Assembly (NCBI GenBank): GCA_039804105.1
Contig: JBDRZU010000001.1
Coordinates: 1,088,001-1,152,000, forward strand
DNA length: 64,000 bases
Direction: 5' to 3'
Origin: a candidate division WOR-3 bacterium
Lineage (GTDB): Bacteria; Hydrothermota; 32-111
Shown here: positions 29,308 to 39,241 of the stretch, piece by piece
How positions within the stretch are numbered: position 1 is the first letter of the stretch
Layout: each line of letters opens with the position of its first letter
Made by a program: the position numbers and the translations under genes
The notes under the pieces: generated by a model
The model's input: the letters and a program-made list of their open reading frames with translations, nothing else
Told to the model about the DNA's origin: nothing
The model's database searches: none

Positions 29308-29833
29308 AAATATCCCTTGAATTTATTATTTTTGCAAAACCTCGTTTCATATTTTCAATAGAATATCTATGGTGTTTTAATTTTCTAGATTTCACAAGAT
29401 CCTCAACTACATAATTTTCAAAACCATTTTCAAACGACTCTCTAACATTACTTTCAACACATAATTCGGTCATTACACCAACAAAAAAGATTTGTTTGAT
29501 TTTCAAAAGTTTTAAAAGTTTTTTAAAACTTTTTTTTTGAAAAACCGAATAGGAATTCTTTCTTACAATATAGTAATTTTTGGGTAAATATATCTTTTCA
29601 TAAAGTTCAAGATCGTTTCCATAAGGTAAATGTTTCCACCATTTGTTAAAATTTATCTTTCTCTTTGACGGAATAAATTGTAAAAAAATTATAGGACTTT
29701 TATTTTCTTCAAATATTTTTATAACTCTATTTATTTTTTGGGCTAAATTTTCTGCTCCCCTGATGTAGGATTTAGAACTTTTTTCAAAAAAATAGTTTTG
29801 AACATCAACTACTAAAAGCAAACTTTTTCTCAT
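29291..29833 (-). CDS. Isochorismatase-family cysteine hydrolase (start revised to ATG 29833)
   Basis: LLVVDVQNYF, KNSYSVF, GVMTELCVES (D-K-C triad); SD GGGGGTG. Confidence 0.88.
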   Translation of the reverse strand: MRKSLLLVVDVQNYFFEKSSKSYIRGAENLAQKINRVIKIFEENKSPIIFLQFIPSKRKINFNKWWKHLPYGNDLELYEKIYLPKNYYIVRKNSYSVFQKKSFKKLLKLLKIKQIFFVGVMTELCVESNVRESFENGFENYVVEDLVKSRKLKHHRYSIENMKRGFAKIINSRDIFDGKI

Positions 29834-29849
29834 AAAATTAAACACCCCC

Positions 29850-29930
29850 AAAAAAAAGAGCCATCCGGTCTGGATGGCTCTCGCCTGACATAACCTGATT
29901 GGATTATATATTTTTAACAAAAAAAATCAA
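29850..29930 (-). promoter_or_regulatory. Promoter plus short terminator-containing leader (candidate attenuator/riboswitch)
   Basis: TTGATT-16-TATAAT (29930-29903), then AGAGCCATCC-AGACC-GGATGGCTCT stem and a T-tract ending 16 nt before the ATG. Confidence 0.75.
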
Positions 29931-29996
29931 GATATTTATTGTTGATAATTTATTCTTTTTTGGTAAAATAAAAAATTAGATTTAAAAAGGAGAGTT

Positions 29997-32147
29997 ATGC
30001 TTCAAATATCTCAAAACCTGAAGAGTGGAAAGATCGAACTGATTGAGGTTCCAATACCTTCTTGTAAAAAAAATGGTGTTATAGTTAAAACAGTTTATTC
30101 TTGTGTTTCAATGGGAACAGAATCGATGAAAGTAAAAACCGGAAAAATGAACATTATTGAAAAAGCAAAAGAGAAACCCGAACAGGTCAAACAGGTAATC
30201 GATTCTGTGAAACAACTTGGTCTTGTTTCAACTTACAGAAAAGTTATGAATAAACTTGATTCGTTGTCACCTCTTGGATATTCATTGTCAGGAATAGTTG
30301 TCGAAACTGGAAGTAATGTAAACACATTGAAAATTGGCGATAAGGTTGCCTGTGGAGGTGGTAATTATGCTACACACTCAGAATTTAACTATATTCCCGA
30401 AAATCTATGTGTAAAATTAAAAGAAAATACAAACATGAAATATGCTTCAATGGCAACAATTGGTGCTATAGCGATACAAGGTTTAAGACAGGCAAATCTA
30501 CAATTTGGTGAAACAATCGGAATCATTGGAATGGGACTCATAGGTCAGTTGATGCTTCAAATAGCCAACGCTTCAGGGTTTAAGGTTCTTGCAATCGATA
30601 TTGACAAAGAAAGAGTTGAACTCGCTTTAAAACACAATGCAGCAAGAGGTGCAATTTTTGGAGAGGATAATTTAAAAGATATATCTCTTGATATGACGGA
30701 CGGTTTTGGACTCGATGCAGTATTTTTGGCCTCATCCACAAAATCGAATGGTCCTATCGAAATAATACCTGAAATAATAAGGGATAGAGGAAGAGTTGTT
30801 GATATCGGGATAACGAATCTGGATATACCCTGGCAACCATATTACGACAAAGAGTTGAACATATTCATGTCAAGATCTTATGGCCCAGGTAGATATGATC
30901 CACTTTATGAAGAACACTCAATAGATTATCCAATTTCTTATGTAAGGTTTACAGAACAGAGAAATATAAAAACTTTTATAGATTTAATTGAAACTGGAAA
31001 GATGGATCTTGACTATATTATTTCAGAAGAGATCGATTTTACTGAAAGCGATAAATTCTACAACAATTTGACAAACGAAAAAAACAAATATCTTTCAGTT
31101 GTTTTTAAATATCAAAATAAAGAAGTAGATATAAAAAAGGACAGAACATTAATCAATGAAAAAAAATTAGACACAAAAAAAATAAATCTTGGTTGCATCG
31201 GAGCAGGGAATTTTGCAAAAACTATGCTTTTTCCAGAATTGAAAAATATTAAGGATCTTTCTTTTTACTTTTTATCAACATCTACTGGAATTTCAGCAAA
31301 AGATAGTATGAAAAAATTCAATTTTTCAAAAATAACAACACAAACCGATGAATTGTTGAATGATAAAAAAATTAATCTACTCATGGTTTTAACAAGACAT
31401 TCTACACATTCAAAATATGTTATGGAGGGATTAAAAAGAGATCTCTTTGTTTATACTGAAAAACCATTATGCCTTGACGAAGATGAACTAAAAAATATAG
31501 AAAAAGTTTATACAGAATCCAGAGGAGATCTTTTTGTTGGTTATAACAGGAGATTTTCAAACCAAATTTTAAAAATAAAAAATTTCTTCGAAAGAGTTAA
31601 TCAACCAAAACACATTTACTACAGAGTCAACGCAGGATATCTTGAAAAAACCAACTGGTATAACGATTATGAAGAGGGAAATCGATTTATCGGTGAAGGT
31701 GGACATTTTGTGGACACATGTTTATTTCTAATTGATAAAAATCCAGTTTCAGTTTATGCTACATTCATAGGACTTGGAAGAACAGACGAAAAAACAAAAG
31801 ACAACATATCGTTAACCATAGATTTTGAGGATGGTTCAGTAGCAAACATTCTCTATTTCACCTTTGGTGATAAATCTTTACCAAAAGAATATCTTGAAAT
31901 ATCGTCCGGAATGCAAAGTGCTATCCTTGACAATTTTAAAAGTGTTGTTTTCCATAAAAATGGATCTACAAAAAAAATTAAATTTTGGTCCGCGGGAAAA
32001 GGCCATAAACAGGAAATGATCTATTTAACAGATACAGTTCTCGGAAAAAAGAATAATCCGTTTACCTTTGAACATCTGAAAAAAGTTTCACTTATAACAT
32101 TTAAAGCAATAGAAAGTGCAAACAAAGGAGTGCGAATTGAAATCTGA
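29997..32147 (+). CDS. Bi-domain oxidoreductase (Zn-ADH-like + Gfo/Idh/MocA), polysaccharide biosynthesis
   Basis: PLGYSLSG, SRSYGPGRYD, IGAGNFA, EKPLC, VGYNRRF, GEGGHF. Confidence 0.88.
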   Translation: MLQISQNLKSGKIELIEVPIPSCKKNGVIVKTVYSCVSMGTESMKVKTGKMNIIEKAKEKPEQVKQVIDSVKQLGLVSTYRKVMNKLDSLSPLGYSLSGIVVETGSNVNTLKIGDKVACGGGNYATHSEFNYIPENLCVKLKENTNMKYASMATIGAIAIQGLRQANLQFGETIGIIGMGLIGQLMLQIANASGFKVLAIDIDKERVELALKHNAARGAIFGEDNLKDISLDMTDGFGLDAVFLASSTKSNGPIEIIPEIIRDRGRVVDIGITNLDIPWQPYYDKELNIFMSRSYGPGRYDPLYEEHSIDYPISYVRFTEQRNIKTFIDLIETGKMDLDYIISEEIDFTESDKFYNNLTNEKNKYLSVVFKYQNKEVDIKKDRTLINEKKLDTKKINLGCIGAGNFAKTMLFPELKNIKDLSFYFLSTSTGISAKDSMKKFNFSKITTQTDELLNDKKINLLMVLTRHSTHSKYVMEGLKRDLFVYTEKPLCLDEDELKNIEKVYTESRGDLFVGYNRRFSNQILKIKNFFERVNQPKHIYYRVNAGYLEKTNWYNDYEEGNRFIGEGGHFVDTCLFLIDKNPVSVYATFIGLGRTDEKTKDNISLTIDFEDGSVANILYFTFGDKSLPKEYLEISSGMQSAILDNFKSVVFHKNGSTKKIKFWSAGKGHKQEMIYLTDTVLGKKNNPFTFEHLKKVSLITFKAIESANKGVRIEI

Positions 32148-33270
32148 AATCATCAAAGAATCTATTGAAAAACTTTTTGATTACCTAGAAAAAAATGATT
32201 ACAAAGGATATGATCCATTTGATGGTTTGAACTCTTTTCTTTATCCTTTTACTTTTAAAAATAAATTCCTTTCAATCGCTTTACAGCAAAGTGTAAGGAG
32301 ATTACCTTTTAACATTAGGCCTTTTATTGGTATAAAAAAAGAAAGATCAACAAAAGGAATTGCATACATAGCTTCCTCATATCTCAAATATTATAAATTA
32401 ACGCAAAATAAAAAATTTTTAGAAAGAGCGGAAGAACTTATCAACTGGGTTATACAAAATCGTTCACCATATTTCGATAACTATTCATGGGGTAACCATT
32501 TTGACTATGTTTCGAGAGTTTTTTATCTAAAAAAAGGAATGCCTACAGTTGTTTGGACGGGACTAATCGGGAGTATCCTTGTTGAATTTTTTCTTGAAAC
32601 AAAAAAAGAGGTATACCAAGATGCTATTTTCAAAACAGCAAAATTTATTCTTGAGGATCTTCCAACTTATGATTATGACCATACATTTTGTATAAGTTAC
32701 ATTCCTTTTCAGAAAAAAAATGTTCACAATGCAAATGTTATCGGTGGATCATTTCTTGCTCAAGCAAAAAAGATAACCGGCATCGATACAGGAAAACTGG
32801 AAAGGTTGTCAATGGAATATACAGCAAGATTTCAACATGAAGATGGGAGTTGGTATTATGGTGAGAGAAAAGACCTTCATTGGATAGACAATTTTCATAC
32901 AGCTTATGTTCTTGATAGTTTTAAAAGGTATCAGGAATTCTCTGGTGATAATACCTTTAAGGAAAATATTAAAAAAGGATTTGATTATTATAGAAAAAAC
33001 TTCTTTGATGGTGATATTCCTAAATACTATTTCAGCAAAACATACCCTATAGATATACAGTGTGTCTCCCAATCGATTGAAACTCTGGCTAACTTTAACG
33101 ATATTGAAAAATCATACAGTGTTGCTCTTTGGGCTATTAAAAATATGCAGGAAAAAGATGGTCATTTCATTTTTAGAAAATATAGGAAAATAAAAAATAA
33201 AACCCCAATGTTACACTGGGGATTAGGAACGATGGCACGAGCACTGACTTTCCTTCTTGAAAAATTATGA
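32137..33270 (+). CDS. Polysaccharide-locus (alpha/alpha)-barrel protein (TTG start after AAGGAG)
   Basis: YKGYDPFDGLNS, WGNHFD, HNAN, WIDNFHTAY, YPIDIQ. Confidence 0.7.
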   Translation: MKSEIIKESIEKLFDYLEKNDYKGYDPFDGLNSFLYPFTFKNKFLSIALQQSVRRLPFNIRPFIGIKKERSTKGIAYIASSYLKYYKLTQNKKFLERAEELINWVIQNRSPYFDNYSWGNHFDYVSRVFYLKKGMPTVVWTGLIGSILVEFFLETKKEVYQDAIFKTAKFILEDLPTYDYDHTFCISYIPFQKKNVHNANVIGGSFLAQAKKITGIDTGKLERLSMEYTARFQHEDGSWYYGERKDLHWIDNFHTAYVLDSFKRYQEFSGDNTFKENIKKGFDYYRKNFFDGDIPKYYFSKTYPIDIQCVSQSIETLANFNDIEKSYSVALWAIKNMQEKDGHFIFRKYRKIKNKTPMLHWGLGTMARALTFLLEKL

Positions 33271-34454
33271 AAAAAGATGTACTTTTTGTTGTTGAAAACC
33301 TTTCATTTCCTTTCGATAGAAGAGTATTTAGAGAATCTGTCTCTTTAAAACAAAATGGTTACAATGTAACCGTAATTTCTCCAAAGGGTATTGAAAGGGA
33401 TCAAAAATCTTATGAAATTTTTCAAGGTATACATATTTACAGATACCCTTTACTTGTTAAAGCAAAAAATAAATTCGATTATCTTTTAGAATATTCTTTT
33501 TCGTTCATATTCATTTTCTTGTTATCTATAAAAGTTTTAATGGAAAGAAATTTTCATGTTATACATATTGCTAATCCTCCAGATATTTTTTTCCCAATTC
33601 TATTCTTTTATCGTATGATTGGCAAAAAGATAATTTTTGATCAACATGACCTAACGCCTGAGTCATATCTTTCAAGATTCAGAGATGAAAGAAAAGATTT
33701 TTATTACAGGTTTCAAATAATTTTTGAATTTTTAACCTATAAAGTTTCAAATTATATTATTGTAACAAACAGATCATATTTAAAAATAGCAAAAAAGCGT
33801 GGTAGGAAAAAGAAAAATGTTGTTATAGTAAGAAATGGACCACAAAAAAAATTCTTTGATTACAAAGGCATTTTTCCTCAACTGAAAGATAATTTCCAAT
33901 ACCTTGTTGTCTATATTGGAATTATGGGAGTCCAGGATGGAGTTGATTACCTTATAAGATCGATAGATCATTTTGTCAATGTCTTGGGCCGAAAGGATAC
34001 ATTGTTCGTTTTAATTGGAAAAGGTGATGATTTTGAAAATTTAAAAAATATGGTAAAAGAATTCAAAATTGATAACTATGTTAAATTCACAGGAAGAATA
34101 TCCGATGAAGAAGCTTTAAAATATTTGTCAACAGCAGATGTAGCTGTTTCACCAGATCCTAAAAATCCTTTAAATGATCTTTCAACAATGAACAAAGTTA
34201 TGGAATATATGATAACAAAATCTCCGATAGTTTCTTATGATCTTAAAGAAGCAAAATATTCCGCGGGAGAAAGTGCTTTATATGTTGAAAACAATGATTA
34301 TAAAATTTTTGCAGAAAAAATCTCTTACTTACTTGACAATGAACCTGAAAGGAAAAAGATGGCTGAAATTGGCTACAAAAGGGTTGTTGAACATTTATGC
34401 TGGGAAAAACAGGAAAAAAATCTTTTAGATTTGTATAATGGGATAAAAATATGA
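33267..34454 (+). CDS. Glycosyltransferase family 4
   Basis: ENLSFPFDRRVFRE, FDQHDL.PE, GIMGVQDG, STMNKVMEYM. Confidence 0.9.
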   Translation: MKKDVLFVVENLSFPFDRRVFRESVSLKQNGYNVTVISPKGIERDQKSYEIFQGIHIYRYPLLVKAKNKFDYLLEYSFSFIFIFLLSIKVLMERNFHVIHIANPPDIFFPILFFYRMIGKKIIFDQHDLTPESYLSRFRDERKDFYYRFQIIFEFLTYKVSNYIIVTNRSYLKIAKKRGRKKKNVVIVRNGPQKKFFDYKGIFPQLKDNFQYLVVYIGIMGVQDGVDYLIRSIDHFVNVLGRKDTLFVLIGKGDDFENLKNMVKEFKIDNYVKFTGRISDEEALKYLSTADVAVSPDPKNPLNDLSTMNKVMEYMITKSPIVSYDLKEAKYSAGESALYVENNDYKIFAEKISYLLDNEPERKKMAEIGYKRVVEHLCWEKQEKNLLDLYNGIKI

Positions 34455-35485
34455 ACGAATCATTCAAAAATCCTTTTTTTAGATGGGATAACGGAACATT
34501 TATAACGATAGATCAAACAAAATTACCTTTTAAAGAAACATATATCAAATTGTATAAAACAAAAGAGTATTATGATGCAATTAAAAAATTAAAGGTTCGT
34601 GGTGCACCTGCTATTGGAGTTGTAGCATGTTATGGTGTTTTATCATCAATTTATCGAAGCAAGAATTTTAAAAAGGCAAAAGAAGAATCTTTAAAGACCA
34701 TTGAAATATTAAAAACTGCAAGACCTACTGCTGTAAACATATTTAACCTTCTTGAAAAAATGAAAATTATCATTGAATCTTTTGATATAAACGATTATAA
34801 ACTTTTCAAAGACAAAATTTTTGAATTTTGTGAAAGTGTTTACAGCTATGAGGTTTACACCTGTGAAAAGATGGCTGACTATGGGTACAGACTGATAAAA
34901 AATGGAATGAACGTTTTAACACATTGTAATACCGGAATGCTTGCAACTCCAGGTATTGGAACAGCACTTGGAATTATTTTTAAAGCATTTCAAAAAAATA
35001 TCAAATTTAACCTTTTTATACCTGAAACAAGACCACTACTTCAGGGGAGCAGATTAACAGTGTTTGAAGTTGAAAAATTTAAAATTCCATACACTCTTAT
35101 CACGGACAACATGAGAGGATATTTGTTTTCACACGGGAAAATTGATATAGTTTTTGTTGGAGCTGATAGAATCGCTTTAAACGGTGATACTGCAAACAAA
35201 ATTGGAACTTTCGAGTCAGCTCTTTTTTCTTACTACTATAAAAAACCATTCTATGTTGTCGCTCCAACAACAACATTTGATCAAAAGATAAAAACAGGTA
35301 GAGAAATAATTATCGAAGAGAGAAACAAGAAAGAGATAACTTTTATACAGAATAAAAAAATCACTATAGCAAAAAATGTTTTCAATCCTGCTTTTGATAT
35401 AACTCCTTCAAAATTCATAACTGGAATAATAACCGAAAAGGGAACTATAAAAGCGGAAAGGAAATGTATAAAAGAAATCTTATAG
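34451..35485 (+). CDS. mtnA: S-methyl-5-thioribose-1-phosphate isomerase
   Basis: DQTKLP, VRGAPAIG, RPTAVN, THCNTG.LAT, ETRPLLQG, GADRIA.NGDTANKIGT. Confidence 0.95.
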   Translation: MNESFKNPFFRWDNGTFITIDQTKLPFKETYIKLYKTKEYYDAIKKLKVRGAPAIGVVACYGVLSSIYRSKNFKKAKEESLKTIEILKTARPTAVNIFNLLEKMKIIIESFDINDYKLFKDKIFEFCESVYSYEVYTCEKMADYGYRLIKNGMNVLTHCNTGMLATPGIGTALGIIFKAFQKNIKFNLFIPETRPLLQGSRLTVFEVEKFKIPYTLITDNMRGYLFSHGKIDIVFVGADRIALNGDTANKIGTFESALFSYYYKKPFYVVAPTTTFDQKIKTGREIIIEERNKKEITFIQNKKITIAKNVFNPAFDITPSKFITGIITEKGTIKAERKCIKEIL

Positions 35486-36639
35486 TTATTATTTTGGTCC
35501 ATTGTTTAAAATTGTTTCCAATCGATACTGAATTTAATTTGGAAAGATATTTTGTTGATACAATTTTACCAAAACCAGTTGATATGTTATACCCCGTTTA
35601 CAATTACAATGAAATCTCTTTCTGTTTCCCGAAATTGATTTATTTTTTTTCAAAACATTATGAAAACAGTTTTTCCTACTCTTTAAGCAGTTTCACAGAC
35701 TTTAAAGATTCTCTAAAATTTGATTTTAAATATAATGGAAATATTTTCTTTAGAAATCAAAATATTTCATTTGAAAACAATACTCAAATCAATAATAAAA
35801 ATATTATTTTAAGTAAGTTTTTATACCGGACAAATTTTCAGTATAATGATTTTTATGTTCTCATAACCCCACAGTTTTATGCTTATCCAACGGTTTTTTT
35901 TTTCAAGAACCTATCAAGTGTTGAATTAATTTACAAAAGAAAAATCTTTTTAAAATCGAACTACCAAAATTTTACTGATTTAAAGACAGGTTACCTTGGA
36001 GCAGGTATTTTATCTCGTTATGGTAATCTTGGAATTTTTTATTCAACACTTATACTTCCATCCTATTGTTTCGATAAAAAGATTAAAAATCTACATATAA
36101 AATTTAACCTTGATGCTAATATGAATGAAAAAGATACTCTTGGAATTTTATCAAAAAAAAGAAAAGACATTCACTCTATTGTTCCTCAAAGGAAATATTT
36201 CTTCGATTTAGGTTTAAATTTTCAAAATATTGCTTTAAATTTTCTAGCTGTAAAAATACTCGAACAACTGAAATCTTATGAAGAATTTAAAAAATCTCCT
36301 ATTTTTTATGATTTTGTCTTCTCTGTTAAAAACGAAGGGAGAAATTTTAGATATAATTTTAAAATAGGAAATTACTATGATAATTTTACTTCTAAGAATT
36401 TTTTCATTTCACTTTTTTATTTAAACAAATTTGGTAAAGTTTATTTAACAAATGAGTTAAAATATTATATCTATAAATCTATTATCTATGATATATCCAT
36501 TAGTTTTAATGAGGAAAATTCTTACTTAACATTTGGCATTAAAAATCTTTTTTCTACATATGATTTAATCTATTCTTATTTCACTGATAGAACATATTTC
36601 TTTTTGCTTTCATTTTCAAACATACAATTTTTTGATTGA
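35464..36639 (+). CDS. Hypothetical aromatic-rich protein, possibly outer membrane
   Basis: Long ORF continuing the operon; F/Y-rich; ends IQFFD. Confidence 0.5.
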   Translation: MYKRNLIVIILVHCLKLFPIDTEFNLERYFVDTILPKPVDMLYPVYNYNEISFCFPKLIYFFSKHYENSFSYSLSSFTDFKDSLKFDFKYNGNIFFRNQNISFENNTQINNKNIILSKFLYRTNFQYNDFYVLITPQFYAYPTVFFFKNLSSVELIYKRKIFLKSNYQNFTDLKTGYLGAGILSRYGNLGIFYSTLILPSYCFDKKIKNLHIKFNLDANMNEKDTLGILSKKRKDIHSIVPQRKYFFDLGLNFQNIALNFLAVKILEQLKSYEEFKKSPIFYDFVFSVKNEGRNFRYNFKIGNYYDNFTSKNFFISLFYLNKFGKVYLTNELKYYIYKSIIYDISISFNEENSYLTFGIKNLFSTYDLIYSYFTDRTYFFLLSFSNIQFFD

Positions 36640-36669
36640 CAAGGTTTTTATTCAAGTTATACTTCTATT

Positions 36670-37290
36670 ATGAGATTGTATAGGATATATGTATTTTTAA
36701 TATCAGTTTTTATACTTATTTCTTGTTGTAAAAAATACCCTTATCCACCAACTTTTCAACTTTCTGAAAACTCTCCATTAGGTATTTTTCAGACACAGGT
36801 CGTTAATGGTGATTCAACGATTTCTCCGTTAGTAACAACCAAATTGGTAGAGTATATAACATATGAGCAGAAAGGTTCATTTTTAGAATTAGGAAATGTT
36901 ACGAATATTTTAAAGCGTTACAACTCTTCGGACTTAACTTCTGAAGTTTTGAGAAAGGTCGGGGACGATTTTAAAGTAAAATGCATAGTTTTAAGTGAAA
37001 TAGAATTTTCTGATGTTGAGCCTAATTTTAATCTAAATTTTGTTAATCCTTCAATATATGCTAATGTAAAATTGACTGCAACTCTTAGATTGAAAATTTA
37101 TGAAACAGAAACTGGGGCATTGCTTTATATAAAATCCATAATTAAAAAAACAGAACTTTCTAACGTATATGTCAGTAAAGATATGATTTTCTTCAACTCA
37201 AAAACTTTCGATGAATCTCAGTACGATCTTATAGATCACCTCACATGGAAAATTACAAAAGATTTTAGAACTGTTTATAAATGTAAATAA
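36670..37290 (+). CDS. Putative lipoprotein (CsgG/LpoB-like fold possible)
   Basis: Lipobox-like LISC; LRLKIYETETGALLY. Confidence 0.6.
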   Translation: MRLYRIYVFLISVFILISCCKKYPYPPTFQLSENSPLGIFQTQVVNGDSTISPLVTTKLVEYITYEQKGSFLELGNVTNILKRYNSSDLTSEVLRKVGDDFKVKCIVLSEIEFSDVEPNFNLNFVNPSIYANVKLTATLRLKIYETETGALLYIKSIIKKTELSNVYVSKDMIFFNSKTFDESQYDLIDHLTWKITKDFRTVYKCK

Positions 37291-37307
37291 TGTAAATAGG
37301 AGGAAGT

Positions 37308-38633
37308 GTGAAAAAATTATTTTTCATTTTTCTTATTTCATTTTTGTGCTTTTTATTTTCAACATCTCAGGAAAATATAACCTACGAAAAATATATCGAT
37401 ATAGATGGGAAGCTTTATAAAGTGGTTCTATCTGAAAATGGTGATACTTTATCAAAAACCGAAATCGAGGTTGAGCAAAAAATTAAAGAGGAAGAAAAAC
37501 CCATAACTGAAATTATTAGAGAGTATAACCCTCAACTTTTAAGAATTGTGCCTTATAAATGGCAGGCGGGGTGGTATGGAGCCTGGCAGGGATTTTCTTA
37601 TGGGTATTTCATTACAGAGGGGTTGGGTTTGTCGACAAGTAGAATTGCACCTTTAGTTTATTTATCAACTCCTTCTTTGATGTTTTTCTTACCTCCACTT
37701 ATTATAAAGGATGATGTTCCTATTAGATCTCTTGCGTTTATCGATTGGGGATACAGATTAGGACCTTTTGATTTTATAGTAACAAGATTAGCCTTTGGAA
37801 AATCAGAATTTGGTGTGATTGATTTTGGACCTTTTAATTTAGATTTCCTTGGTTTATCTTTAACAGGTTATACAGAATCCTGGCTCGGATATTATCTTTC
37901 AAGAAAAAACACAAATTTAAGAAGAGCTGCAAGTGATTTTTATTCATCAGGAGCAGTTCTTGGATATGCTACTGGTGGACTTATTGGAATTTACCTTGCA
38001 GAAAAGATAGTTCCACAAGATCCAGTATTAGATAGCACTGATTGGGCAGATAGTTTAAAAGTTGCTCAATATGAAGATTCTGTATTTAAACTAAACAATA
38101 AGAGAGAATTTTTCGGTTTTACAACAGCATTTTTGTCTTCAGCAATATTTAGATCTTTTGGGTTTTATTTAGGAAATAGAGAAGATCTTAAATTTAAATC
38201 TTTTGATGGATATTTTTATACTTTCAATATGTTACCTGGAATTTTATTGACAATTGAAGCATATAATTACATTGACAGAAAAGACGAATTCCCGCTCGTC
38301 GCTGGTATATCTGGACTTGTTTCTAGTGGAGTTACTGCATATTTTATGAGAAATATTCGACTTGATGATGGAAATGCAATTTTGATGATGATTGGAGGAA
38401 TAGTTGGCGGTGCTCTTGGACAGGGTATTGAACGAACTGTAGCAGCATATACTGACGATGACAATATTCATTCTTCGATTGGTGCATTAAGTATGATTCT
38501 CGGAGAGTATCTTGTATATCTTTTGAGAAAAAATGCGATACAATCAGGAATCGATTTTGGATACAATTTAGGATTTTACATTTATCCTTCTATAAAAAAA
38601 GGAATAGGTGGAAATTTAACTTTCAATTTTTAG
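37308..38633 (+). CDS. Hypothetical Gly-rich membrane/envelope protein
   Basis: SD AGGAGG + GTG; signal peptide; many Gly-rich hydrophobic helices; C-terminal F. Confidence 0.65.
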   Translation: MKKLFFIFLISFLCFLFSTSQENITYEKYIDIDGKLYKVVLSENGDTLSKTEIEVEQKIKEEEKPITEIIREYNPQLLRIVPYKWQAGWYGAWQGFSYGYFITEGLGLSTSRIAPLVYLSTPSLMFFLPPLIIKDDVPIRSLAFIDWGYRLGPFDFIVTRLAFGKSEFGVIDFGPFNLDFLGLSLTGYTESWLGYYLSRKNTNLRRAASDFYSSGAVLGYATGGLIGIYLAEKIVPQDPVLDSTDWADSLKVAQYEDSVFKLNNKREFFGFTTAFLSSAIFRSFGFYLGNREDLKFKSFDGYFYTFNMLPGILLTIEAYNYIDRKDEFPLVAGISGLVSSGVTAYFMRNIRLDDGNAILMMIGGIVGGALGQGIERTVAAYTDDDNIHSSIGALSMILGEYLVYLLRKNAIQSGIDFGYNLGFYIYPSIKKGIGGNLTFNF

Positions 38634-38712
38634 TTTATTGTTGATTTTTGTTTATTTTTGATTATAATATCACCCTTTGTATAGTTTGTTAATAAACGTA
38701 ATAGGAAATTTT

Positions 38713-39204
38713 ATGGAAAAAAATTTAAATGAAGTAGAAATTGTTAATCTTACAAAAAATATTTTGATGGAAAGTGAAGCATTTAAAGATAACGATTACT
38801 ATAATCCTGAACTTTATTATCTTGTTTCATTATACATCATTGAAACTCTGTTTGATTTTTATTCAGAAGATCTTTTTAAATTTTTACTTTTTAGTGGAGT
38901 TAAGTACTTTAAAACTCAAAAATTGTCTGAAGAGGACAAACAATATCTACTTATATTTGAAAAGGAAATAAAAAATTGGAACCTTTATAATTCTTTTCCT
39001 GAAATGGAAAAACTTTTCATTGAACTTCTGAAAACTGAAAAAAAGAAGATTGTTGAAAGTATAAAGAAAGACAATAACAAAAATATGCTAATAGAAGATA
39101 AAATCTTTTATATGGTAAAAAAGATCAAAGAAAAATCAAATAAAAAAATAAAATTTGATGGAGATGATCTTTTCAACGAATTTTCCGATTTGTTGGACTT
39201 GTAA
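38713..39204 (+). CDS. Hypothetical protein (alternative TTG start 38677)
   Basis: ORF downstream of TTGATT-16-TATAAT (38641-38668). Confidence 0.55.
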   Translation: MEKNLNEVEIVNLTKNILMESEAFKDNDYYNPELYYLVSLYIIETLFDFYSEDLFKFLLFSGVKYFKTQKLSEEDKQYLLIFEKEIKNWNLYNSFPEMEKLFIELLKTEKKKIVESIKKDNNKNMLIEDKIFYMVKKIKEKSNKKIKFDGDDLFNEFSDLLDL

Positions 39205-39241
39205 TTGTATTAACAAATAATACATTTTTTGTATAAAATAT

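Noticed and set aside
29834..29920. 29-aa N-terminal extension of the isochorismatase ORF
   Set aside because: Spans promoter and terminator; the family motif begins right after ATG 29833, which has an SD.
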